Source of the DNA: Haliotis cracherodii
Taxonomy: Eukaryota
Direction: 5' to 3'
Assembly (NCBI RefSeq): GCF_022045235.1
Contig: NW_027266343.1
Span: forward strand, 51,274,001-51,338,000
Length of the DNA: 64,000 bases
Below the pieces are notes generated by a model, which was not told the DNA's origin, searched no databases, and was given only the letters and a program-made list of their open reading frames with translations. Shown here one piece after another: positions 1-11,466 of this stretch (position 1 is its first letter; each line of letters begins with the position of its first letter). Both the position numbers and the translations under genes were made by a program.

Positions 1-2491
1 GAAACAAATAAGCAGGGGTATCAATTTTGGTCAAAGCGTTCATTAACGGGATCAAGGGGTAGACAGTGTGCACTGTATTGAAATTCAAATGTGTGTGCTG
101 TCCTTGAAAATGAGCGAAAGTTGTATTCAGAATACAATCTACATGTTGTTATGGCGCTTTGTATAAATAATATCTGAGCTGCTGCAATGAAACAGCGAAA
201 GCCATGGTGATGTAGAGCATCAAAACAAATGTTGCAAGATTCCTACTGCTTTGGTTAGAAGGGAATGCATACAGTTGGAATTTCCATGACAGTAAAATAT
301 CTTTACAGTTTATTAATAACACAAACAAAACGATTGAATTCAAAAGTAACTATTAAATACGCTTGTCCGGGTGTAGCTTATCAAACTACAAATTATTTGT
401 AATTTCCATCAAACATGTACTTCTTGATTTGATGATGCAATTTAACATTTTGCATACTGCTTATGTAATTAATAGGAGAAGTATCTATATAGATATATAG
501 TTGTGTGTTTATTAACCACCTTCCCTGTAGGCGCTATTTGTAAAATACATATTGATTAAATCAGACCGCGAAGTTTAAGATTCCGAACTGGATTGGTAGG
601 ATTGAAGATTACAATAAACAAACAAATAGCTAATATATCCCTTTTGTTGGATTACAACGCAAAAGTGACAATCATTTATCAATACAAAGGAGATTGCATT
701 TGGTAACTGTAGAGAGTGAAATTCAGCGGAATAAATGGTCCAACTTTAAAGCCTGTCATAAGTCTTTATAACAACAACCAGACTGTAAAAACAAGTCGTT
801 TGATCATGTCTATCTTTGAAAACACCTTTGTGTTATACTTTAAGAGCATTTTCTTCTGAAAACACACGTCTTTACTTTTAGATGTACGGTTTTTCTGGGA
901 AACCCTTATATAGTTACACATTGTCAAACTGATTTGCGCGTGTTTTATTCTTGGTATGAGTTTTGGTTTAAACACGCCTTAAAAGAACACAGTCATCACT
1001 GTCACTACTGCTTCATCATGTCAAGGGCATACTTAAAGGGTAGCGGCGATTTATATTCTTTCTTCTAATGTTTAGAACCAAAGACTCACCCGAAGATTAA
1101 AACACGTTAAAGTGAGTTATTTGCAACAGTGATTAAGTATATATGCAAATGTATGAATGGCTGAGACATTGTCAAAAGACAACATTCTCCCAATCTGGCA
1201 CACAATGGAACTGACGGAGGAGCTCATGAAACACCCAACAAATATATACAAATATAAACTATTCATTAACACCTGGTGACATCACTTATATTCAGTATAT
1301 GTTTTAGCACAATCTTGCCTTTTACACCCAATGAAATCTGTTTCAACAGATAATGGAGCCTGATTTTTCTCTGGCGTTGACGATTTATGTAGTTAAAGGG
1401 TCATCATTGAATGATTATTATATCAATATTCAGGCGTTATCTATAGAAATTGAGATAACAAATTGAGTGATGCTCGTATTATTACAAATGCCTTGATAAT
1501 GAAGTGTACAATTATCAAGATGATATGTTGAAAATAAGAGAGTTCTCTCAAGAAACGCAGTTGCAAATAAAAGCCACATAACCCTGTTCAGAATCATTCG
1601 AAACCTCTGCTCGAAGCAAAGACCATTGTACGATTTCGACTTTAATGATCACACGCATGTGCGTAGGAATGACTACCAGATAGTGATGATACCTGGCGGT
1701 TGCCAAAAAGTAAGCGTATCCTGCCCCAACGGTTCCTCCGTCACAAACACATACGAAGACGAGAAAACAAGCTGTTGTTCATATGTCAATCATGTTTTCA
1801 GAAGATATTGGTGTACTTTAGGCTTTTAACAGATATTACACGCATAAAAAGATGTTGTGAGTATTCATAGTGACAGTCCCTTTGTAAGAAGAAACCAATA
1901 TATGTACCTATCAGTTAGGAAATAAAGCTGTTGTAGTTTATTGTTATTGTGCAGTAAGATAAATAAAATTCGGGGAGAATAATGTAGTATCTGGGGACTT
2001 CTGCAGTATATTCAGCAGAAGCTATTTTCTTGTGAGCAGGCTGCTGTATTACACGGAAACGGTTAGCATAGTTGACCCCGTGTGGTACAGTGCTACTGCT
2101 GTACTGTGGTGAGGCTGTACTAGTGTGTTGCGTCAGTTTTCTGGTCTCTTGTTATGTCGTATCACACAGATGCATTATAATGTCTGATGTATGCTGCTCC
2201 CACATCATATATTTACTGGATACACCCTTTTCAGACCGTTATCGAATATTTACTTGATATAGGTTAAACGTTGAGTATCGAGGACTGTTTGAAATGCAGT
2301 TAGACGATGCCAGAGAGAGTGTGTCTGTTTGCCACCTTTATATACGTTGTCTTGTACTTCCTTAATCGATGTTCATGTATATCAGCTCGCATGTGTACCC
2401 GTAGGGTGATAACCTCGGGCCCTTTGATGCGAAAAGAATGCTTACTTTACACCATTAAACTGAGGTGCGTTACCTGGAAGTGGCCAGCCAA

Positions 2492-2533
2492 AGATAAATC
2501 AATCACGTATAATTCACAAATGGTATATATAAA
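2492..2533 (+). promoter_or_regulatory. Core promoter of Gly/Tyr-rich gene copy 1 (TATA box plus upstream motif cluster); the same motifs are present in all 13 copies
   Basis: TATATAAA at 2526-2533, about 75 bp upstream of the exon 1 donor. AGATAA at 2492-2497 and TCACGT at 2503-2508 lie just upstream. Confidence 0.7.
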
Positions 2534-2606
2534 GGATGGGGGAAATGTTCCATCATCTCTTATCTTCACCTGCCGTTGAGACACAGATACGAGTCAAGAC
2601 CAAGCT

Positions 2607-2888
2607 GTAAGTACTATTTTAAGGTTTGCTTGTGATATATATGTATACTTTTAATGTTTGATTCATCTGCTGCGCATCTGGCTGTTTTCAATCTTTATGT
2701 TGAGCTAATTCATAAAAGTACAAATATGTAACATAAAACGTTCTTGTAAATTGGGAAATATATGAATGCAGGTGAAAGTAAAACTGATAACATAATTCAC
2801 AATGAGTGGTGTGAACTGAATTTACCAGATGAGTAACGATAACATGCTATTTCCCTTTCTTGACAACGATTTTCACGTTGCTCAATAG
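2607..2888 (+). other. Intron 1 (5' UTR intron) of copy 1, following a short non-coding exon 1 (~2555-2606)
   Basis: Donor GTAAGT at 2607. Acceptor YAG at 2886-2888, 9 nt before the ATG. The acceptor varies only between TAG (copies 1, 11, 12, 13) and CAG (copies 2-10). Confidence 0.8.
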
Positions 2889-2897
2889 ATACTCAAA

Positions 2898-3489
2898 ATG
2901 ATGAAGATAGTCGCCGCTCTTGTTGCCTGCCTGGCTGTTACCGCCTTTGCCGAGCCTACCGGTCTGTATGGTGGAATTGGCGGGTTGAAAGGAGGACTGG
3001 GCGGAATTGGCTACGGAATGGGTGGATTGTACGGAGGCCTTGGAGGTCTGTACGGAGGCTATGGAGGTCTGTATGGAGGCATGGGAGGTCTATACGGAGG
3101 CGTGGGAGGTCTATACGGAGGCGTGGGAGGTCTATACGGAGGCATGGGAGGTCTGTACGGAGGACTTGGAGGCTATGGTGGTCTCTACGGCGGAATTGGA
3201 GGATACGGAATGGGATTGGGAAAAGGTATTTCACAAAATATGATATCATTTGTTTATCGTATCCCACTTTCAGTCTCGTTTGCAAAATTATATAATTTAC
3301 CTATATGGTATTATTATTTTACGCGACAAAGCTGATGACTTTTACAAAACATCTTTAAAATTATTCTCTGCATTCTCTAATATTTGGTTTAGCTTATCAT
3401 GCAGCTAGTTTCAAGACTTCGTTGTGACTTATCCATATATCCCAACTTTATTCTACTATTTTTTTGTTTCAGGTATCGGCTATTATTGA
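2898..3489 (+). CDS. Secreted Gly/Tyr-rich GGLYGGX-repeat protein, copy 1 (114 aa; join 2898-3225, 3473-3489)
   Basis: Signal peptide MMKIVAALVACLAVTAFA|EP followed by 21-bp coding repeats. Phase-1 intron AAG|GTATTT...TTTTGTTTCAG|GT ATC GGC TAT TAT TGA gives the C-terminus GKGIGYY. AATAAA at 3555. Confidence 0.92.
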
Positions 3490-3554
3490 GTTATTATCAT
3501 CTACAGTGTGATGCTGGCTATTTATGTATATTCTCAAACCAATGGAATTGGTTC

Positions 3555-3560
3555 AATAAA
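3555..3560 (+). terminator. Polyadenylation signal AATAAA of copy 1 (present in all copies except copy 10)
   Basis: AATAAA 65 nt after the spliced stop codon, followed by T-rich sequence. Confidence 0.75.
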
Positions 3561-6500
3561 ATCTTGTCATATTTATTTACGCCTTGAAATTTGTTTGAGA
3601 ATCTGAAAACTGAATTGAATGTTCACAATGGAAGAGTGATCTATGTTTCTCCATATTGTAAACTCTGGACATTGTACGTGTTGTAGACCAATATCCAAGC
3701 ACTTAAATGATATTGCGTTTTACTTCAAGCTAAGATATCAACTACTGAAATGTGTATTAAGTTCCTTAGGAAACCGGACATGATGATAAGAGGAGGGATT
3801 TTATGCTTGATATATCTCCCACAAAATGTCACTTACCCGAGTTCATGTTTCACGGGAATGTATCATTTGGGCTGCCACGAAAGGGTTTGATGGCCATTTG
3901 AAGTACCATAATATCTGCAATTGGCTGTCTGTATTTCAATTTGCATTTTAAAAACACGCAGCGAAACAAATAAGCAGGGGTATCAATTTTGGTCAAAGCG
4001 TTCATTAACGGGATCAAGGGGTAGACAGTGTGCACTGTATTGAAATTCAAATGTGTGTGCTGTCCTTGAAAATGAGCGAAAGTTGTATTCAGAATACAAT
4101 CTACATGTTGTTATGGCGCTTTGTATAAATAATATCTGAGCTGCTGCAATGAAACAGCGAAAGCCATGGTGATGTAGAGCATCAAAACAAATGTTGCAAG
4201 ATTCCTACTGCTTTGGTTAGAAGAGAATGCATACAGTTGGAATTTCCATGACAGTAACATATCTTTACAGTTTATTAATAACACAAACAAAACGATCGAA
4301 TTCAAAAGTAACTATTGAATACGCTTGTCCGGGTGTAGCTTATCAAACTACAAATTATTTGTAATTTCCATCAAACATGTACTTCTTGATTTGATGATGC
4401 AATTTAACTTTTTGCATACTGCTTATGTAATTAATAGGAGAAGTATCTATATAGATATATAGTTGTGTGTTTATTAACCACCTTCCCTGTAGGCGCTATT
4501 TGTAAAATACATATTGATTAAATCAGACCGCGAAGTTTAAGATTCCGAACTGGATTGGTAGGATTGAAGATTACAATAAACAAACAAATAGCTAATATAT
4601 CCCTTTTGTTGGATTACAACGCAAAAGTGACAATCATTTATCAATACAAAGGAGATTGCATTTGGTAACTGTAGAGAGTGAAATTCAGCGGAATAAATGG
4701 TCCAACTTTAAAGCCTGTCATAAGTCTTTCTAACAACAACCAGACTGTAAAAACAAGTCGTTTGATCATGTCTATCTTTGAAAACACCTTTGTGTTATAC
4801 TTTAAGAGCATTTTCTTCTGAAAACACACGTCTTTACTTTTAGATGTACGGTTTTTCTGGGAAACCCTTATATAGTTACACATTGTCAAACTGATTTGCG
4901 CGTGTTTTATTCTTGGTATGAGTTTTGGTTTAAACACGCCTTAAAAGAACACAGTCATCACTGTCACTACTGCTTCATCATGTCAAGGGCATACTTAAAG
5001 GGTAGCGGCGATTTATATTCTTTCTTCTAATGTTTAGAACCAAAGACTCACCCGAAGATTAAAACACGTTAAAGTGAGTTATTTGCAACAGTGATTAAGT
5101 ATATATGCAAATGTATGAATGGCTGAGACATTGTCAAAAGACAACATTCTCCCAATCTGGCACACAATGGAACTGACGGAGGAGCTCATGAAACACCCAA
5201 CAAATATATACAAATATAAACTATTCATTAACACCTGGTGACATCACTTATATTCAGTATATGTTTTAGCACAATCTTGCCTTTTACACCCAATGAAATC
5301 TGTTTCAACAGATAATGGAGCCTGATTTTTCTCTGGCGTTGACGATTTATGTAGTTAAAGGGTCATCATTGAATGATTATTATATCAATATTCAGGCGTT
5401 ATCTATAGAAATTGAGATAACAAATTGAGTGATGCTCGTATTATTACAAATGCCTTGATAATGAAGTGTACAATTATCAAGATGATATGTTGAAAATAAG
5501 AGAGTTCTCTCAAGAAACGCAGTTGCAAATAAAAGCCACATAACCCTGTTCAGAATCATTCGAAACCTCTGCTCGAAGCAAAGACTATTGTACGATTTCG
5601 ACTTTAATGATCACACGCATGTGCGTAGGAATGACTACCAGATAGTGATGATACCTGGCGGTTGCCAAAAAGTAAGCGTATCCTGCCCCAACGGTTCCTC
5701 CGTCACAAACACATACAAAGACGAGAAAACAAGCTGTTGTTCATATGTCAATCATGTTTTCAGAAGATATTGGTGTACTTTAGGCTTTTAACAGATATTA
5801 CACGCATAAAAAGATGTTGTGAGTATTCATAGTGACAGTCCCTTTGTGAGAAGAAACCAATATATGTACCTATCAGTTAGGAAATAAAGCTGTTGTAGTT
5901 TATTGTTATTGTGCAGTAAGATAAATAAAATTCGGGGAGAATAATGTAGTATCTGGGGACTTCTGCAGTATATTCAGCAGAAGCTATTTTCTTGTGAGCA
6001 GGCTGCTGTATTACACGGAAACGGTTAGTATAGTTGACCCCGTGTGGTACAGTGCTACTGCTGTACTGTGGTGAGGCTGTACTAGTGTGTTGCGTCAGTT
6101 TTCTGGTCTCTTGTTATGTCGTATCACACAGATGCATTATAATGTCTGATGTATGCTGCTCCCACATCATATATTTACTGGATACACCCTTTTCAGACCG
6201 TTATCGAATATTTACTTGATATAGGTTAAACGTTGAGTATCGAGGACTGTTTGAAATGCAGTTAGACGATGCCAGAGAGAGTGTGTCTGTTTGCCACCTT
6301 TATATACGTTGTCTTGTACTTCCTTAATCGATGTTCATGTATATCAGCTCGCATGTGTACCCGTAGGGTGATAACCTCGGGCCCTTTGATGCGAAAAGAA
6401 TGCATACTTTACACCATTAAACTGAGGTTCGTTACTTACCTGGAAGTGGCCAGCCAAAGATAAATCAATCACGTATAATTCACAAATGGTATATATAAAG

Positions 6501-6864
6501 GATGGGGGAAACTGTTCCATCATCTCTTATCTTCACCTGCCGTTGAGACACAGATACGAGTCAAGACCAAACTGTAAGTACTATTTTAAGGTTTGCTTGT
6601 GATATATATGTATACTTTTAATGTTTGATTCATCTGCTGCCCATCTGGCTGTTTTCAATCTTTATGTTGAGCTAATTCATAAAAGTACAAATATGTAACA
6701 TAAAACGTTCTTGTAAATTGGGAAATATATGAATGCAGGTGAAAGTAAAACTGATAACATAATTCACAATGAGTGGTGTAAACTGAATGTACCAGATGAG
6801 TAACGATAACATGCTATTTCCCTTTCTTGACAACGATTTTCACTTTACTCAACAGATACTCAAA

Positions 6865-7477
6865 ATGATGAAGATAGTCGCCGCTCTTGTTGCCTGCCTG
6901 GCTGTTACCGCTTTTGCCGAGCCTACCGGTCTGTATGGTGGAATTGGCGGGTTGAAAGGAGGACTGGGCGGAATTGGCTACGGAATGGGTGGATTGTACG
7001 GAGGCCTTGGAGGTCTGTACGGAGGCTATGGAGGTCTGTACGGAGGCATGGGAGGTCTATACGGAGGCGTGGGAGGTCTATACGGAGGCGTGGGAGGTCT
7101 ATACGGAGGCGTGGGAGGTCTATACGGAGGCATGGGAGGTCTGTACGGAGGACTTGGAGGCTATGGTGGTCTCTACGGCGGAATTGGAGGATACGGAATG
7201 GGATTGGGAAAAGGTATTTCACAAAATATGATATCATTTGTTTATCGTATCCCACTTTCAGTCTCGTTTGCAAAATTATATAATTTACCTATATGGTATT
7301 ATTATTTTACGCGACAAAGCTGATGACTTTTACAAAACATCTTTAAAATTATTCTCTGCATTCTCTAATATTTGGTTTAGCTTATCATGCAGCTAGTTTC
7401 AAGACTTCGTTGTGACTTATCCATATATCCCAACTTTATTCTACTATTTTTTTGTTTCAGGTATCGGCTATTATTGA
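6865..7477 (+). CDS. Gly/Tyr-rich secreted protein, copy 2 (121 aa; join 6865-7213, 7461-7477)
   Basis: Same exon structure as copy 1, with one extra GGLYGGV heptad. Confidence 0.92.
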
Positions 7478-10400
7478 GTTATTATCATCTACAGTGTGAT
7501 GCTGGCTATTTATGTATATTCTCAAACCAATGGAATTGGTTCAATAAAATCTTGTCATATTTATTTACGCCTTGAAATTTGTTTGAGAATCTGAAAACTG
7601 AATTGAATGTTCACAATGGAAGAGTGATCTATGTTTCTCCATATTGTAAACTCTGGACATAGTACGTGTTGTAGACCAATATCCAAGCACTTAAATGATA
7701 TTGCGTTTCACTTCAAGCTAAGATATCAACTACTGAAATGTGTATTAAGTTCCTGAGGAAACCGGACATGATGATAAGAGGAGGGATTTTATGCTTGATA
7801 TATCTCTCAACAAAATGTCACTTACCCGAGTTCATGTTTCACGGGAATGTATCATTTGGGCTGCCACGAAAGGGTTTGATGGCCATTTGAAGTACCATAA
7901 TATCTGCAATTGGCTGTCTGTATTTCAATTTGCATTTTAAAAACACGCAGCGAAACAAATAAGCAGGGGTATCAATTTTGGTCAAAGCGTTCATTAACGG
8001 GATCAAGGGGTAGACAGTGTGCACTGTATTGAAATGCAAATGTGTGTGCTGTCCTTGAAAATGAGCGAAAGTTGTATTCAGAATACAATCTACATGTTGT
8101 TATGGCGCTTTGTATAAATAATATCTGAGCTGCTGCAATGAAACAGCGAAAGCCATGGTGATGTAGAGCATCAAAACAAATGTTGCAAGATTCTTACTGC
8201 TTTGGTTAGAAAGGAATGCATACAGTTGGAATTTCCATGACAGTAAAATATCTTTACAGTTTATTAATAACACAAACAAAACGATTGAATTCAAAAGTAA
8301 CTATTAAAAACGCTTGTCCGGGTGTAGCTTATCAAACTACAAATTATTTGTAATTTCCATCAAACATGTACTTCTTGATTTGATGATGCAATTTAACATT
8401 TTGCATACTGCTTATGTAATTAATAGGAGAAGTATCTATATAGATATATAGTTGTGTGTTTATTAACCACCTTCCCTGTAGGCGCTATTTGTAAAATACA
8501 TATTGATTAAATCAGACCGCAAAGTTTAAGATTCCGAACTGGATTGGTAGGATTGAAGATTACAATAAACAAACAAATAGCTAATATATCCCTTTTGTTT
8601 GATTACAACGCAAAAGTGACAATCATTTATCAATACAAAGGAGATTGCATTTGGTAACTGTAGAGAGTGAAATTCAGCGGAATAAATGGTCCAACTTTAA
8701 AGCCTGTCATAAGTCTTTATAACAACAACCAGACTGTAAAAACAAGTCGTTTGATCATGTCTATCTTTGAAAACACCTTTGTGTTATACTTTAAGAGCAT
8801 TTTCTTCTGAAAACACACGTCTTTACTTTTAGATGTACGGTTTTTCTGGGAAACCCTTATATAGTTACACATTGTCAAACTGATTTGCGCGTGTTTTATT
8901 CTTGGTATGAGTTTTGGTTTAAACACGCCTTAAAAGAACACAGTCATCACTGTCACTACTGCTTCATAATGTCAAGGGCATACTTAAAGGGTAGCGGCGA
9001 TTTATATTCTTTCTTCTAATGTTTAGAACCAAAGACTCACCCGAAGATTAAAACACGTTAAAGTGAGTTATTTGCAACAGTGATTAAGTATATATGCAAA
9101 TGTATGAATGGCTGAGACATTGTCAAAAGACAACATTCTCCCAATCTGGCACACAATGGAACTGACGGAGGAGCTCATGAAACACCCAACAAATATATAC
9201 AAATATAAACTATTCATTAACACCTGGTGACATCACTTATATTCAGTATATGTTTTAGCACAATCTTGCCTTTTACACCCAATAAATTCTGTTTCAACAG
9301 ATAATGGAGCCTGATTTTTCTCTGGCGTTGACGATTTATGTAGTTAAAGGGTCATCATTGAATGATTATTATATCAATATTCAGGCGTTATCTATAGAAA
9401 TTGAGATAACAAATTGAGTGATGCTCGTATTATTACAAATGCCTTGATAATGAAGTGTACAATTATCAAGATGATATGTTGAAAATAAGAGAGTTCTCTC
9501 AAGAAACGCAGTTGCAAATAAAAGCCACATAACCCTGTTCAGAATCATTCGAAACCTCTGCTCGAAGCAAAGACTATTGTACGATTTCGACTTTAATGAT
9601 CACACGCATGTGCGTAGGAATGACTACCAGATAGTGATGATACCTGGCGGTTGCCAAAAAGTAAGCGTATCCTGCCCCAACGGTTCCTCCGTCACAAACA
9701 CATACAAAGACGAGAAAACAAGCTGTTGTTCATATGTCAATCATGTTTTCAGAAGATATTGGTGTACTTTAGGCTTTTAACAGATATTACACGCATAAAA
9801 AGATGTTGTGAGTATTCATAGTGACAGTCCCTTTGTGAGAAGAAACCAATATATGTACCTATCAGTTAGGAAATAAAGCTGTTGTAGTTTATTGTTATTG
9901 TGCAGTAAGATAAATAAAATTCGGGGAGAATAATGTAGTATCTGGGGACTTCTGCAGTATATTCAGCAGAAGCTATTTTCTTGTGAGCAGGCTGCTGTAT
10001 TACACGGAAACGGTTAGCATAGTTGACCCCGTGTGGTACAGTGCTACTGCTGTACTGTGGTGAGGCTGTACTAGTGTGTTGCGTCAGTTTTCTGGTCTCT
10101 TGTTATGTCGTATCACACAGATGCATTATAATGTCTGATGTATGCTGCTCCCACATCATATATTTACTGGATACACCCTTTTCAGACCGTTATCGAATAT
10201 TTACTTGATATAGGTTAAACGTTGAGTATCGAGGACTGTTTGAAATGCAGTTAGACGATGCCAGAGAGAGTGTGTCTGTTTGCCACCTTTATATACGTTG
10301 TCTTGTACTTCCTTAATCGATGTTCATGTATATCAGCTCGCATGTGTACCCGTAGGGTGATAACCTCGGGCCCTTTGATGCGAAAAGAATGCATACTTTA

Positions 10401-10853
10401 CACCATTAAACTGAGGTTCGTTACTTACCTGGAAGTGGCCAGCCAAAGATAAATCAATCACGTATAATTCACAAATGGTATATATAAAGGATGGGGGAAA
10501 CTGTTCCATCATCTCTTATCTTCACCTGCCGTTGAGACACAGATACGAGTCAAGACCAAACTGTAAGTACTATTTTAAGGTTTGCTTGTGATATATATGT
10601 ATACTTTTAATGTTTGATTCATCTGCTGCCCATCTGGCTGTTTTCAATCTTTATGTTGAGCTAATTCATAAAAGTACAAATATGTAACATAAAACGTTCT
10701 TGTAAATTGGGAAATATATGAATGCAGGTGAAAGTAAAACTGATAACATAATTCACAATGAGTGGTGTAAACTGAATGTACCAGATGAGTAACGATAACA
10801 TGCTATTTCCCTTTCTTGACAACGATTTTCACTTTACTCAACAGATACTCAAA

Positions 10854-11466
10854 ATGATGAAGATAGTCGCCGCTCTTGTTGCCTGCCTGGCTGTTACCGC
10901 TTTTGCCGAGCCTACCGGTCTGTATGGTGGAATTGGCGGGTTGAAAGGAGGACTGGGCGGAATTGGCTACGGAATGGGTGGATTGTACGGAGGCCTTGGA
11001 GGTCTGTACGGAGGCTATGGAGGTCTGTACGGAGGCATGGGAGGTCTATACGGAGGCGTGGGAGGTCTATACGGAGGCGTGGGAGGTCTATACGGAGGCG
11101 TGGGAGGTCTATACGGAGGCATGGGAGGTCTGTACGGAGGACTTGGAGGCTATGGTGGTCTCTACGGCGGAATTGGAGGATACGGAATGGGATTGGGAAA
11201 AGGTATTTCACAAAATATGATATCATTTGTTTATCGTATCCCACTTTCAGTCTCGTTTGCAAAATTATATAATTTACCTATATGGTATTATTATTTTACG
11301 CGACAAAGCTGATGACTTTTACAAAACATCTTTAAAATTATTCTCTGCATTCTCTAATATTTGGTTTAGCTTATCATGCAGCTAGTTTCAAGACTTCGTT
11401 GTGACTTATCCATATATCCCAACTTTATTCTACTATTTTTTTGTTTCAGGTATCGGCTATTATTGA
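10854..11466 (+). CDS. Gly/Tyr-rich secreted protein, copy 3 (121 aa; join 10854-11202, 11450-11466)
   Basis: Same structure; protein identical to copy 2. Confidence 0.92.

Noticed and set aside
149-2579. Recurrent 60-90 aa spacer ORFs (MNSIVLF..., MFKPKL..., MYDFDF..., MTPCGT..., MPERVC...)
   Set aside because: They recur only because the unit is repeated. Most have non-ATG starts, several are frameshifted or stopped in some copies, and none shows a recognisable domain.
3021-3170. CRISPR-like short repeat array
   Set aside because: The repeats are contiguous 21-bp coding units with no unique spacers, in a eukaryotic context with no cas genes.
3007-3243. Alternative-frame (TEAWEVY)n ORF, antisense (RIDLPRL)n and (PPYRPPT)n ORFs, and the Arg-rich (RRRGRSI)n ORF at 15037
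   Set aside because: These are shadows of the 21-bp coding repeat. Only the Gly frame has a signal peptide, an acceptor-adjacent ATG and a spliced stop.
3226-3335. Hydrophobic C-terminal tail suggesting a membrane or GPI anchor
   Set aside because: Intron 2 read-through; the stop position is not conserved among copies.
6432-6445. U1 snRNA 5' end match (TACTTACCTGG)
   Set aside because: The similarity ends after 11 nt, with no U1 stem-loops or Sm site.
6787-6864. N-terminal extension MYQMSNDNMLFPFLDND... in the ORF track
   Set aside because: It lies in intron 1 (pyrimidine tract and acceptor) and is broken by TAG in copies 1, 11, 12 and 13.
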